Notes: generated from the sequence alone by a model not told the origin. A stretch of DNA of 64,000 nucleotides from a virus (IMGVR_UViG_2917762859_000001), one strand, 5' to 3'. Positions 9,946-19,043 are shown, numbered from the stretch's first letter. Translations and numbers: made by a program.

Positions 9946-10623
9946 TTAGACAAATCGCATCATCATTTGAACTACAACGCCAATAATTTTACAGTTTCCA
10001 TTTATAGTAATAGCGGGATAAGCTGGGTTTAACGCTTTAAGATATTTAGCTCCATCAAAGACAAGCTTTTTGAATGTCGCTTCATTCGTATCAGTAAGCT
10101 TAGCTATTACCAAGCTTCCATTTATAGGTTCTCTTCCTGTATCTACTAGGACTAATGATCCCTCAGGAATACTAACTCCTGTTGGAGCCGTCATTGAGTC
10201 GCCCTCAACCTTAAGCCAAAAAGCAGATCCTTGAACAGAAACTTCAGACTCGTACCACTCATCGATCTCGCTTAGCGTGTATGGCTCACAAGCTTCCGTC
10301 CAATTACCAGCCTGAACAAAGCTAATTACAGGGTATTTAGGTGCTGGTCTATAAGGTCTTGGATTACTAACATTTGCATTATTTACATTTTCTTGCCCAT
10401 GTTGCAACCAGACTATATCCACTGAAAGTAATTTAGCTAACTTATTCATCACCTCCTGTCTTGGTAGTGATTCGGCATTAAACCATTTACTAACGGCCTT
10501 GGTGGTTACGCCAAGTTTATTAGCTATTTCTGTCGCTTTGCCATGGTCATCAAAACCAGCGTCTCTTGAAGCCTGCGCAAGCCTCTTGGCAAATAATTCA
10601 CGCACGTTATTAGTTTGTACCAT
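9946..10623 (-). CDS. cI: CI repressor (HK022-like HTH plus S24 peptidase)
   Basis: Likely start MVQTNNVRE; AG cleavage site, GDSM and FKKL catalytic motifs. Confidence 0.93.
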   Translation of the reverse strand: MVQTNNVRELFAKRLAQASRDAGFDDHGKATEIANKLGVTTKAVSKWFNAESLPRQEVMNKLAKLLSVDIVWLQHGQENVNNANVSNPRPYRPAPKYPVISFVQAGNWTEACEPYTLSEIDEWYESEVSVQGSAFWLKVEGDSMTAPTGVSIPEGSLVLVDTGREPINGSLVIAKLTDTNEATFKKLVFDGAKYLKALNPAYPAITINGNCKIIGVVVQMMMRFV

Positions 10624-10687
10624 ACGTTCAATAATAAACATCTTGAAAGGAACTGTCAGTTCAACTAATATATGTACTGAAAGTTCA
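10616..10687. promoter_or_regulatory. OR operators with pRM/pR
   Basis: TGTACCATACGTTCA, GGAACTGTCAGTTCA, TGTACTGAAAGTTCA. Confidence 0.8.
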
Positions 10688-10701
10688 TTAAGGAGACTTC
10701 T

Positions 10702-10929
10702 ATGCACGATTTAAGGGAGCCAATTAAACAGATTGGCGTTGCAGAAGTAGCAAAGGCATGCGGAGTAAGTGAGCGAGCTGTTTATAAATGGATTGATAAC
10801 GGTTTTCTACCAAAAACAGAATTTTTTGGAAAAACTAATTATGCAAAAACAATCCAAGCCCTATCCAAAGGGAAAATAAAAGCTGAAGACTTACTAGCTA
10901 TTAGCCAAAAAAAATTACTTGCTGCTTAG
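10702..10929 (+). CDS. cro: Cro
   Basis: HTH VAKACGVSERAVYKW; divergent from cI. Confidence 0.88.
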   Translation: MHDLREPIKQIGVAEVAKACGVSERAVYKWIDNGFLPKTEFFGKTNYAKTIQALSKGKIKAEDLLAISQKKLLAA

Positions 10930-10936
10930 TTTTAAT

Positions 10937-10980
10937 CGCTCTTTAACATCACTAATCCGCTCAGAGTAAATTCTCAGAGC
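10937..10980 (+). promoter_or_regulatory. nutR (boxA CGCTCTTTAACA plus boxB)
   Basis: boxA consensus; hairpin GCTCAGAGTAAATTCTCAGAGC. Confidence 0.85.
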
Positions 10981-11062
10981 AAACAATCCGCTCATATGGA
11001 ATGAGCCACGGATCATTACTGCTGTTCCCAATATGGGAAGTAATTAATAAGGACTTTAACAA

Positions 11063-11443
11063 ATGGAATATGGAAACACATGCAAAACAGTTCGTGACAA
11101 ACGAGCTATTGAATTTAGAACGCGTCACTTAGTTAGTAACGCACTTCAAATATTACGTGATGGGGATCAGCGAGAAATTGCACAAGCCACATCACGCTCA
11201 GACTCGACTATCTCAAGAAGAATCCAATCTATTGATGGTGTATGCGAAATGCTTGCCACACGTCGTGTAATTGGTTTTGTGAGGGAGGGCGAGAAGGTTA
11301 TCAGGGAATCAGATTATAGATTGTATCTGGAAAATATGGCTGAGCTATCGAGGTTAAAACTTCAAGTTCATGCATATGAAAAAGCCTCAATTGCGGGAAC
11401 AACTGAGGCCTTTAGAGAAGAACAATTAGGTCTGTTCAACTAA
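11063..11443 (+). CDS. cII: CII-like activator
   Basis: Position after nutR; HTH QREIAQATSRSDSTISR. Confidence 0.75.
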   Translation: MEYGNTCKTVRDKRAIEFRTRHLVSNALQILRDGDQREIAQATSRSDSTISRRIQSIDGVCEMLATRRVIGFVREGEKVIRESDYRLYLENMAELSRLKLQVHAYEKASIAGTTEAFREEQLGLFN

Positions 11444-11467
11444 CAAATATACTGTATCAATAACCAG
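11379..11467 (-). ncRNA. oop-like antisense RNA to cII with LexA box at its promoter
   Basis: Minus-strand terminator 11379-11409; SOS box CTGTATCAATAACCAG at 11452-11467. Confidence 0.7.
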
Positions 11468-11534
11468 TATTAAAGGGAAGCTGATTTTGAGTTTCCCTTT
11501 TGCTGATACAGCTTAGGAATAAGGGAATTATACC

Positions 11535-11711
11535 ATGAAGAAGAAAGTTAATCATTGGTTTAATCGTCACGAAGTGCATAAAAACATCATGCGAGATAAG
11601 ACGTTACGAGAAGTGACACCGTTAGGAAGTAAGCGTCTAAAGGAAGCATTCGAAGATGCAAAATTGAGAAATGAGCATCGTGAGAAATTACTAGGAGGAT
11701 CGCATGAGTAA
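11535..11711 (+). CDS. Small basic protein between cII and O
   Basis: Read manually, 58 aa MKKKVNHW..., overlaps the O start. Confidence 0.55.
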   Translation: MKKKVNHWFNRHEVHKNIMRDKTLREVTPLGSKRLKEAFEDAKLRNEHREKLLGGSHE

Positions 11712-13188
11712 TGTTGCATATGCAGATTTTGGTAATCAACGACGGCAAGAGAGGCCTAACGTGGCAGATCTTGATAATGGCTACACCAGAATAGCGAATG
11801 AGCTATTAGATGCAATCATGCTTGCTGGGTTGACCAAGCACCAATTATTAATGGTTATGGCTGTGTGGAGAAAAACATACGGCTTTAATAAAAAAATGGA
11901 TTGGGTTGGCAATGAACAACTTGAAAGCATGACAAAGATTGATAGCACCAAATGCTCCACCGCTAAAAATCAATTAGTTCGGATGAAAATCTTTATTCAG
12001 GAAGGTCGAAAAATTGGAATGAATAAGAATATTTCTGAATGGGAAACCGACATTGACCGAAACAGTAAAAGTTTTACCGAAACGGTAAAGAATAGCTTTA
12101 CTAAAACGGTAAAAACCACTTTACCGAAACAGTCAAACACAAAAGACAATAATACAAAAGACAAAAGAAAAGATCCCACCATACCTCCCAAGGGAGGAAA
12201 TCGAGGAGGTTCTCTTCGTGAAGAATTAATTTCAATCCTAGAAGGAAAGTTTGATTTCGATAAGGCAGACAAGCTTCATGATTCTGTTGAGCAAAAATTA
12301 GTTGAGCTGGGTTATATCTGCGAAAGAGAATTTAGAGTTAGCGACAGAGGTGATGGTAAAGCTGGTCGAGTTGATCTTCTGGTTTCCAATGGTAAGGGCG
12401 ATTCTTGTGGCATTGAAATCGATAGATTGAACGCTAGAGATAAATCCATTGTAAAACTAAAGCAACTTTCTGATGGTTTCGTTTTGGTGAGAGAAGGGAT
12501 CGTGTCTGAGAGATATGATTTCGATGGAATACCAGTGGTAAGTGCTCATCCTATGTCATCTTCAAGTGAAGGAATTTCTCGTGAAGAGATAATCAGGGAA
12601 GCAAGAGAAGCTCTAGATTTTTATAACAATATTACTGGCTCTCAGTGCAGAGACTTTAAACCATTCATGACCCTCTTATCTCCAACCCAAAGCAGAGATA
12701 GATATCTGCTAAGTGATTTAATCACAGTTATTGAGTGGGTGGTGTCAACATGGAAGCGACGTAATAACTCAATAGCAAAACCAACCAATATCTGCCGAGT
12801 TAACCGCTTCGATGGCTACCTGTCAGACGCTCTCAAGTGGAAAAACCGAGACGGTATCAATCCTGTCGATTGTCCTCATGAAGAATTAATTAAAATCTGG
12901 AACAAATACGTTCCTGAAAGAGCCATTGATTTTCATGAGTGGACATCACGCAGACCTGCTTACAAAGATTTGGAGGCTGTCTGGAATGGCAAAACTAACA
13001 AAGGGCAATGGCGTGAAGTAAAACACATGGACACCTGCTTCAAGCTGATATCGCAATCAAGTTTATTCACTAGCTTACAAGACAAGGGATGGTTAACTCT
13101 TGACTGGATCTTAACGCCGACAAGATGGTCGCAAACCTACGAACAAGCCAAGCGCGAATATACCGAACGGAAAAAAGGGATTGTTTAA
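11704..13188 (+). CDS. Replication initiator (O-like N-terminus) with an internal nuclease-like domain
   Basis: ADLDNGYTRIANELL O-family motif; internal iterons. Confidence 0.88.
   Translation: MSNVAYADFGNQRRQERPNVADLDNGYTRIANELLDAIMLAGLTKHQLLMVMAVWRKTYGFNKKMDWVGNEQLESMTKIDSTKCSTAKNQLVRMKIFIQEGRKIGMNKNISEWETDIDRNSKSFTETVKNSFTKTVKTTLPKQSNTKDNNTKDKRKDPTIPPKGGNRGGSLREELISILEGKFDFDKADKLHDSVEQKLVELGYICEREFRVSDRGDGKAGRVDLLVSNGKGDSCGIEIDRLNARDKSIVKLKQLSDGFVLVREGIVSERYDFDGIPVVSAHPMSSSSEGISREEIIREAREALDFYNNITGSQCRDFKPFMTLLSPTQSRDRYLLSDLITVIEWVVSTWKRRNNSIAKPTNICRVNRFDGYLSDALKWKNRDGINPVDCPHEELIKIWNKYVPERAIDFHEWTSRRPAYKDLEAVWNGKTNKGQWREVKHMDTCFKLISQSSLFTSLQDKGWLTLDWILTPTRWSQTYEQAKREYTERKKGIV
12053..12136. 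repeat. Origin iterons, four TTTACCGAAACRGTAAA-like repeats
   Basis: Four imperfect palindromic repeats followed by an A-rich tract inside O. Confidence 0.85.
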
Positions 13189-14564
13189 TGGAAAATAAAT
13201 TCACGGATTATTACTCAGAGCAGGCTGTCATTGGCGGAATACTGATTGCCACATCTGAAACAGAAGAAATTGCTATCTCAGCGATTGAAAGTTTAGTTGC
13301 TGACGATTTCACATCATCGGCTCACAAAGCCATATTTAAAGCCATGCAAAGCCTTGTTAGAAATGGATCTAAGGTTGATTTGGTTTTACTGAATGGAGAA
13401 ATTGAACAACAAGGTAATTCAGATATTACTGGCGGGTTCGGCTATCTTGCTGAATGCACTAAAAACACATCAAGTATTCAAATGTTACCCGGTTATGTTC
13501 AGAAAATTAAGGATCTAACCACGGCACGAAAAACGCTTGCTGTTCTCAATGAAGGTGTTGCGAAGATTAGCTCATCAAACGTTAGCAACCTTGTTGATGT
13601 TGTTGGTGAGGTCCAATCCTCAATCTCATCAATGGACACAGGTAGTGTTGTTGAAACACAGCACATCATGGACGGAGTTAACGAGTCGATAAATATTCTT
13701 GAGTCGATGATCAACGGTGATATCTGGAAATATAAAACTCAGTTTGGTTTACCTGACATCGATAAGACATTTGGTGGATTTAATAACACCGATTTGATTG
13801 TTGTTGGTGGCCGTCCGGGCATGGGTAAAACCATGTTCAGTACAGCAATTTCAAAAGCAATCGGATTGAAGCAAAAGAAACCCGTTGTTTTTTATAGCCT
13901 TGAAATGCCCTCGTGGCAGATATCAGAACGCATTTCATTTCATCACGCGGGGGTTAACAAGCAAGACCTACTAGGTGACGATAAATCGAAAATAAACATG
14001 GATGAGGCTTGGGCTAAGTTATCTCATGCACTTGCTGACATTCAGGAATCACCGATTTATATCAATGACCGACCATCAATGAGCATTCATGAAATACGCG
14101 CTGATGCTAGAAAGATGCACAAAAAAACGGGCGGTTTAGGTGTCATTATCGTTGACTACTTGCAGAAAATGAAAATGACCAACCCTGAAAACATGAATCA
14201 GTCAGTGGGTGAGATTGCAACAGGGTTAAAGAACCTCGCAAAAGAGCTTAAATGTCCCGTAGTCGCACTTGCACAGTTAAACCGTAACTTAGAACAACGA
14301 ACCAATAAGCGCCCCGTTAATGCTGATTTGAGAGAGTCTGGCGTTATCGAACAAGAGGCTGACGTTATCTTCATGATTTATCGTGATGAAAAATATCATC
14401 CCGACACCAATCTGAAAGGTATCACTGAGGTTATTTGCACGAAATCACGTCACGCACCTGGTGCAGAAAAAACATATTACTTCACTAACGCTCGCGGTGG
14501 TTTAGATCAGGCGGTATTAAGCAATATAAACAGCGACTACGTAGATGAAGAAATTGAGTGTTAA
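13188..14564 (+). CDS. DnaB-like replicative helicase
   Basis: GGRPGMGKT, SLEM, VDYLQ and DLRESGVIEQEAD motifs. Confidence 0.95.
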   Translation: MENKFTDYYSEQAVIGGILIATSETEEIAISAIESLVADDFTSSAHKAIFKAMQSLVRNGSKVDLVLLNGEIEQQGNSDITGGFGYLAECTKNTSSIQMLPGYVQKIKDLTTARKTLAVLNEGVAKISSSNVSNLVDVVGEVQSSISSMDTGSVVETQHIMDGVNESINILESMINGDIWKYKTQFGLPDIDKTFGGFNNTDLIVVGGRPGMGKTMFSTAISKAIGLKQKKPVVFYSLEMPSWQISERISFHHAGVNKQDLLGDDKSKINMDEAWAKLSHALADIQESPIYINDRPSMSIHEIRADARKMHKKTGGLGVIIVDYLQKMKMTNPENMNQSVGEIATGLKNLAKELKCPVVALAQLNRNLEQRTNKRPVNADLRESGVIEQEADVIFMIYRDEKYHPDTNLKGITEVICTKSRHAPGAEKTYYFTNARGGLDQAVLSNINSDYVDEEIEC

Positions 14565-14587
14565 CACGCAAGAGGATTTTTAGATGA

Positions 14588-14923
14588 ATGAACACAGAAA
14601 GTTTATTTGAAAAATGTAAACGGCTCACAGAGGAAAACAGAGAGCTGAAAACAGACAGAATTATCTCAAGAAAAAAAATATCAAACCAACGATTAGAAAT
14701 CGAATCACTGCAGCGAGAACTGGAAATTAAAAACTTCGATGTTTCTTGTATCCCACCAATACAAATCACCCCACAAGTTACTGAATGGCTTCTTGAGTAC
14801 GGAATGCCGTGGGAAGTGTTTTACTGTGACAAATGTAAAAGTTGGTTTACTGAGTTAGACACTTTATTCCCTTGGGGTATTGATAACAGTGGGTGCCAGT
14901 GTGATAAGCATGAGGATTTTTAG
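14588..14923 (+). CDS. Hypothetical protein (coiled coil plus CxxC)
   Basis: ORF flanked by 17-bp direct repeats. Confidence 0.6.
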   Translation: MNTESLFEKCKRLTEENRELKTDRIISRKKISNQRLEIESLQRELEIKNFDVSCIPPIQITPQVTEWLLEYGMPWEVFYCDKCKSWFTELDTLFPWGIDNSGCQCDKHEDF

Positions 14924-15259
14924 ATGAACATTAAACAATTACAGCAACAAATCCATCAACAAAATAAATCTGCTGGATGGTGGGATAATCCACGCGAGAA
15001 AGGAACCTTACTCTGCCTGATTCACTCTGAAATCAGCGAGGCAATGGAGGGAGAACGCAAAAACTTAATGGATGACCATTTGCCACATAGAAAAATGGCT
15101 GAAGTCGAACTTGCTGATGCTGTTATTCGTATTTTGGATTATGCCGAAGCCTTTGATTATGACATTGAAGGGGCTATTGCTGAAAAGCTCGAATACAACA
15201 AACATAGAGCAGATCATCAGCGTGAAAACCGCATCAAAAAGGGCGGGAAAAAATTCTAA
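14924..15259 (+). CDS. MazG-like NTP pyrophosphohydrolase, copy 2
   Basis: 104 of 111 aa identical to 4189-4524. Confidence 0.8.
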   Translation: MNIKQLQQQIHQQNKSAGWWDNPREKGTLLCLIHSEISEAMEGERKNLMDDHLPHRKMAEVELADAVIRILDYAEAFDYDIEGAIAEKLEYNKHRADHQRENRIKKGGKKF

Positions 15260-15272
15260 GAGGAGGCATCTA

Positions 15273-15482
15273 ATGCAGGGAACTAATTGGGTTAAGGTGA
15301 GTGAGAAATATCCAGAGAGGGGTAAGCTAATTTTGTTCTATGTAGGCGGTGAAACTCACGCCGGATGGAGGATTGATGAAGGATGCGGTTTTTACAGCAT
15401 AAAAATATCACAGTGGTTTGATTATTCAGACGTTATCTACTGGGGCGATCTGCCACTCCCACCAATGCTAGAGGGTGAATGA
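15273..15482 (+). CDS. DUF551-like protein
   Basis: NWVKVSEKYP...VIYWGDLPLPP. Confidence 0.6.
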   Translation: MQGTNWVKVSEKYPERGKLILFYVGGETHAGWRIDEGCGFYSIKISQWFDYSDVIYWGDLPLPPMLEGE

Positions 15483-15691
15483 TGAAGTGGGCGAAATTTA
15501 AAGGCAACGAGATTAACTATTTAGTTAGATGGACAGTTTTAATTGTATTCATGCTCCCGATAAGCATAGTTTACTTTCTACTTTTTCTAATTGATACGCC
15601 GATCCACTTTGCCAGAAAACACGTACGACAATTTTTATTTTCATTAATTGACTACATCGAAAATAAACTCCCCTTCAAAAAGGATAAGTAG
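15479..15691 (+). CDS. Small membrane protein
   Basis: One hydrophobic segment; coupled ORF. Confidence 0.5.
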   Translation: MMKWAKFKGNEINYLVRWTVLIVFMLPISIVYFLLFLIDTPIHFARKHVRQFLFSLIDYIENKLPFKKDK

Positions 15692-15692
15692 C

Positions 15693-15881
15693 ATGAACGA
15701 ACTCAAGAAATGCCCGTTTTGTGGATGTGAGAGGATTTTTGTCGGCGCGTATGATTATGAAGAATTTGACGATAAAACATACTACAAGGCAGAGTGTAAT
15801 TCATGCGAAGCAGAGACGGGATTTAAAGATAGTAGACAGGAAGCAATCGCAGCATGGAACAGGAGAGCTAACAGTGAGTGA
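15693..15881 (+). CDS. Lar-family restriction alleviation protein
   Basis: LKKCPFCG...CxxC...AIAAWNRR. Confidence 0.8.
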   Translation: MNELKKCPFCGCERIFVGAYDYEEFDDKTYYKAECNSCEAETGFKDSRQEAIAAWNRRANSE

Positions 15882-16083
15882 TCCAGTAGAAGTAATGGTC
15901 TATTACGTTAACTTCAATACGAATCGCAGATTTTGGATGTTAAAAATAAATGTAGGCTGGATTGAGGAACACTATAAATTCCCATGCAAACCAACTAAAA
16001 GACAAATCCGCAAAAAGAAAAAAGAATGGATCCAAGAAGCTAAATATTGGATAGAGGTATACGCAGAAATGCAAGGAGGTTAA
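15874..16083 (+). CDS. Hypothetical nin-region protein
   Basis: GTG start, KPTKRQIRK motif. Confidence 0.5.
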   Translation: MSDPVEVMVYYVNFNTNRRFWMLKINVGWIEEHYKFPCKPTKRQIRKKKKEWIQEAKYWIEVYAEMQGG

Positions 16084-16084
16084 C

Positions 16085-16528
16085 TTGGAAAACTTCTGTC
16101 TACACGAATCAACGAAAAAGCTATTTGATAACAATGTAATTGAACTACTTAAATCCCACCCAAAACTCAGCGTCACCATCAAGCCTTACAAACCAAAACG
16201 AAGCCTCTCTCAAAACGCATTAAGCCATGTTTGGTACAAAGAAATCAGCGACTACTTAATTAGGTCGGGTCGTGAGTTCTGTACCGAAGCATGGGTGAAA
16301 GAAAGCTTAAAGGCCACTTACCTTGGATTTGAAGTGACTGAGTACACCGATGTGTTAACGGGTGAAAAAACGCAACGAGAGACACTTAGGCATACTTCAA
16401 GGTTAGATAAAGGTGATATGCATCACTTCTTACAGAGAGTTGAGGCGTGGGCTTTACAGTTCGGTTTAATACTAACTACTCCGGAAGATAGCGAGTATAT
16501 GAAATTGAAAAGGAAACAGGAAGAATGA
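16085..16528 (+). CDS. NinB/YbcN-family recombination protein
   Basis: KRSLSQNALSHVW; RHTSRL. Confidence 0.85.
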   Translation: MENFCLHESTKKLFDNNVIELLKSHPKLSVTIKPYKPKRSLSQNALSHVWYKEISDYLIRSGREFCTEAWVKESLKATYLGFEVTEYTDVLTGEKTQRETLRHTSRLDKGDMHHFLQRVEAWALQFGLILTTPEDSEYMKLKRKQEE

Positions 16529-16758
16529 ACCCAAAACTAAAGCTAATGGATGACTCAGTTGATTTTGTAATCATCGGTGAGAAGTCATTTAAAAGATGGT
16601 GTGTTGTTAAGAGAGCATTTAAATACCTATTTTTATCTGTCTTTGGTAAACAGGGCGCAGTTGATTATCTTGGCGTAATGTTTCGCCTCGGGTCTGTTCA
16701 TACAGCGGAACGATTGAATGAGCTAACTGGATTTGATGCTACAAGGAAAATCAAATGA
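16525..16758 (+). CDS. Hypothetical protein
   Basis: ATGA-coupled ORF. Confidence 0.5.
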   Translation: MNPKLKLMDDSVDFVIIGEKSFKRWCVVKRAFKYLFLSVFGKQGAVDYLGVMFRLGSVHTAERLNELTGFDATRKIK

Positions 16759-16904
16759 ACTGCATGTCATGCAATAGACAGCTAACAGATGAAGAAATTT
16801 ACGTGTGTGCTCAGTGTGCTGATGAATACGCTCATTTGGAAGTGATGGATAAAATCAAAGGAGAGGGAGATGGCGAACTTACGCAAAGAAGCTCGAGACC
16901 GTGA
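16755..16904 (+). CDS. NinF-like Zn-finger protein
   Basis: Read manually: CMSC...CAQC, 49 aa. Confidence 0.55.
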   Translation: MNCMSCNRQLTDEEIYVCAQCADEYAHLEVMDKIKGEGDGELTQRSSRP

Positions 16905-17160
16905 ATGCCAAATTAGAATACCTGGAGTGTGTAACGGTAATTCTGAAACTGTCGTCTTAGCTCATTATCGAATGTCTGGCATTTGCGGTACCGGAATAAA
17001 ACCTAATGATATTTTTGGTGCTTGGGCATGTAGCGATTGTCACGATGAAATAGACCGAAGGACACGAATTACTGACGCTGAATACGCAAAGCAATGTCAT
17101 TTAGAAGGCGTTATTCGTACTCAGGATATTCTCATCAAGGAGGGTAAGATTAAGGTATGA
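16870..17160 (+). CDS. DUF1364/YbcO-family protein
   Basis: LRKEARDRECQIRIPGVC...ACSDCHD. Confidence 0.85.
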   Translation: MANLRKEARDRECQIRIPGVCNGNSETVVLAHYRMSGICGTGIKPNDIFGAWACSDCHDEIDRRTRITDAEYAKQCHLEGVIRTQDILIKEGKIKV

Positions 17161-17522
17161 ACGAGTATCACTTAAAATTGCCGTGGCCACCTAGCAATAA
17201 TACCTATTGGAGGCATTGTAGAGGACGCCATTATATCTCACCCAAAGGCACTAGCTATCGAAAGCAAGTAACAGATTATATCAAGCAACATAACCTAGAC
17301 GTCAAAACCACTTCCCGTATCAAAATAGTCATCACAGCAAATCCCCCAGATAAAAGACAAAGAGACCTCGATAACTTGCCTAAAGCAGTTTTCGATTCGT
17401 TAACTCATGCTGAATTTTGGGGTGATGATAGTCAGATTGATGATATGCGGATCCGTCGAGGTGAGAAGGTTGCTCATGGCTCATTAGATATCAAAATATG
17501 GGAGATAGATGATGTTCACTGA
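17157..17522 (+). CDS. rusA: Holliday junction resolvase RusA
   Basis: LPWPPSNN, RDLDNLPK and DDSQI motifs. Confidence 0.95.
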   Translation: MNEYHLKLPWPPSNNTYWRHCRGRHYISPKGTSYRKQVTDYIKQHNLDVKTTSRIKIVITANPPDKRQRDLDNLPKAVFDSLTHAEFWGDDSQIDDMRIRRGEKVAHGSLDIKIWEIDDVH

Positions 17523-17703
17523 CTTAATCGCAGCTATTGAAGAAGCAAGATATTTAAAATCTCAATCAGGTGGTCGAGTTAACTTTTGCATAATTCAGAT
17601 TGCTGAATGCATGGAAATATTTTGCGGATTAATGGATGGCGTCAGAGTTCTATACACAACGGCTAATGATGATTATCACACAGTATTACCGGAGGCGAGA
17701 TGA
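17509..17703 (+). CDS. Small nin-region protein (YlcG-like)
   Basis: MFTDLIAAIEEARYL; position between rusA and Q. Confidence 0.5.
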   Translation: MMFTDLIAAIEEARYLKSQSGGRVNFCIIQIAECMEIFCGLMDGVRVLYTTANDDYHTVLPEAR

Positions 17704-18203
17704 GCTATATCGGAGAAAAGGAATTAACGGATGAGCAGTTTCGCTGGCTAGATGGTTGGTTAAATCTGTGGGGGGCGTGGGTATATTCTGGTCGTATCGA
17801 TATTCGCATGATCAACATGATTTATAAATTCATGCAAACAGTAGAGGCAAGTAAAAACCCATCAAGACCTATGTGCAATGATGATGAAGGAATGTTGATT
17901 TCTCAGGTCGTAGATTCAGTCATCGCCACTGACACACAGGCCTATGGAATATTGCTAAGTTATTACGCTCATGGTTCATCTAAGCTTTCGATTGCATCTT
18001 ACTATCACCGAGTCGCAAAACCACGCAAAATGCAAACGAGAGGGGGGAATAAATACGGCAAGCCATCTCATAGAACTTGCAGGAGAGAAGTTGACGAAAA
18101 ACTCAAAGCTGCTCAGTGGTTATTGTACGAACCTCTCCGAAATGCAATGAATAATCGTAAACGTGTGGCTAAAGTAAAGAAAATAGCCGAACTTTGCTAT
18201 TGA
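17700..18203 (+). CDS. Q: Late antiterminator Q (phage 21-like)
   Basis: WLNLWGAWV, RPMCNDD; precedes pR'. Confidence 0.85.
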   Translation: MSYIGEKELTDEQFRWLDGWLNLWGAWVYSGRIDIRMINMIYKFMQTVEASKNPSRPMCNDDEGMLISQVVDSVIATDTQAYGILLSYYAHGSSKLSIASYYHRVAKPRKMQTRGGNKYGKPSHRTCRREVDEKLKAAQWLLYEPLRNAMNNRKRVAKVKKIAELCY

Positions 18204-18235
18204 CATTAATGGACAAATGGACAACAATTATAGGG
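18200..18235 (+). promoter_or_regulatory. pR' with tandem 8-bp Q-binding element
   Basis: TTGACA, then AATGGACA x2 in the spacer, the Q21-type QBE arrangement. Confidence 0.7.
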
Positions 18236-18614
18236 TAAGTTGCTTTACGTGACTCTTAACTTTACTTACCTTATATACATGCTCGTGTATATCTTTGAAA
18301 AGAATAACAAAGCACGTTCGTCATCTGTGCTTTTAGGGCGGGGTTAATTGTTAATTTTAACGGCACTTGTTTGGCGACAGACCGTTGTAAGAAACAATTA
18401 ATCCCGTTTCGTTTTTAATTTGGTGTAATTCCACCATTTTAATTCCCCCGAATTCGAGGGGATAAACAGAACATGGCAAAATACATCGTTTGTAAGCCCA
18501 TGCTGGTGCATGAGTAGCGCTACATGCCGTTAGCCCACGAAACGGGCATCAATTTCAACTCTCCGGAATTACCGGATAGTTCACATGTTCGGTTATTCCG
18601 AACAACCTATTTTG

Positions 18615-18638
18615 AAGATCGCTTAGGCGGTCTTTTTT
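18615..18638 (+). terminator. Late-leader terminator
   Basis: AAGATCGC-TTAG-GCGGTCTT then T-run; near-identical copy at about 51313-51336. Confidence 0.8.
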
Positions 18639-18737
18639 CGTATATGCCGGCCACAGAACAATTACCCTCGTTATCACGTTCACACAAGAGCTGTGAGTCG
18701 GCGTTCTATTAACTAATTCCTCCAGAAAGGAGGCGGT

Positions 18738-19043
18738 ATGACACGAATGGACGAGAAAGACAAATTCAGTGCCACCGCATGGGGTGTCATATTCGCTATC
18801 TCCCTATACGGCGGATTGGCTAGATACATTATTGACAATAAACGTAACGGTTATCGGTGGAGCTGGGTAGGAGCAATTATGCAAATGTTCGTATCTGGCT
18901 TTGCTGGAATGATGGGTGGCCTTATATCAATAGAGCTTAACGCCTCATTCTACTACACATTATTTACGGCTGGCTTATGTGGTTCCGCTGGCTCTTTAGC
19001 ACTGGATTTCTTCTGGGATAAGTTTACAGGGGGTAAGAAGTGA
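18738..19043 (+). CDS. Holin
   Basis: About three TM segments, possible dual start MTRM, precedes the endolysin. Confidence 0.85.
   Translation: MTRMDEKDKFSATAWGVIFAISLYGGLARYIIDNKRNGYRWSWVGAIMQMFVSGFAGMMGGLISIELNASFYYTLFTAGLCGSAGSLALDFFWDKFTGGKK

Noticed and set aside
10624-10707. 28-aa N-terminal extension of CI in the ORF track
   Set aside because: It runs across OR and the cro start; the HK022-like start at 10623 fits better
12053-12136. Regular repeats as a mini-CRISPR array
   Set aside because: Spacers are only a few nt and the repeats lie inside O, so they are iterons; no cas genes are present
4189-15259. MazG pair as the TR/VR of a diversity-generating retroelement or an invertase shufflon
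   Set aside because: No reverse transcriptase or invertase in the window, differences are not adenine-specific, and both copies are whole genes
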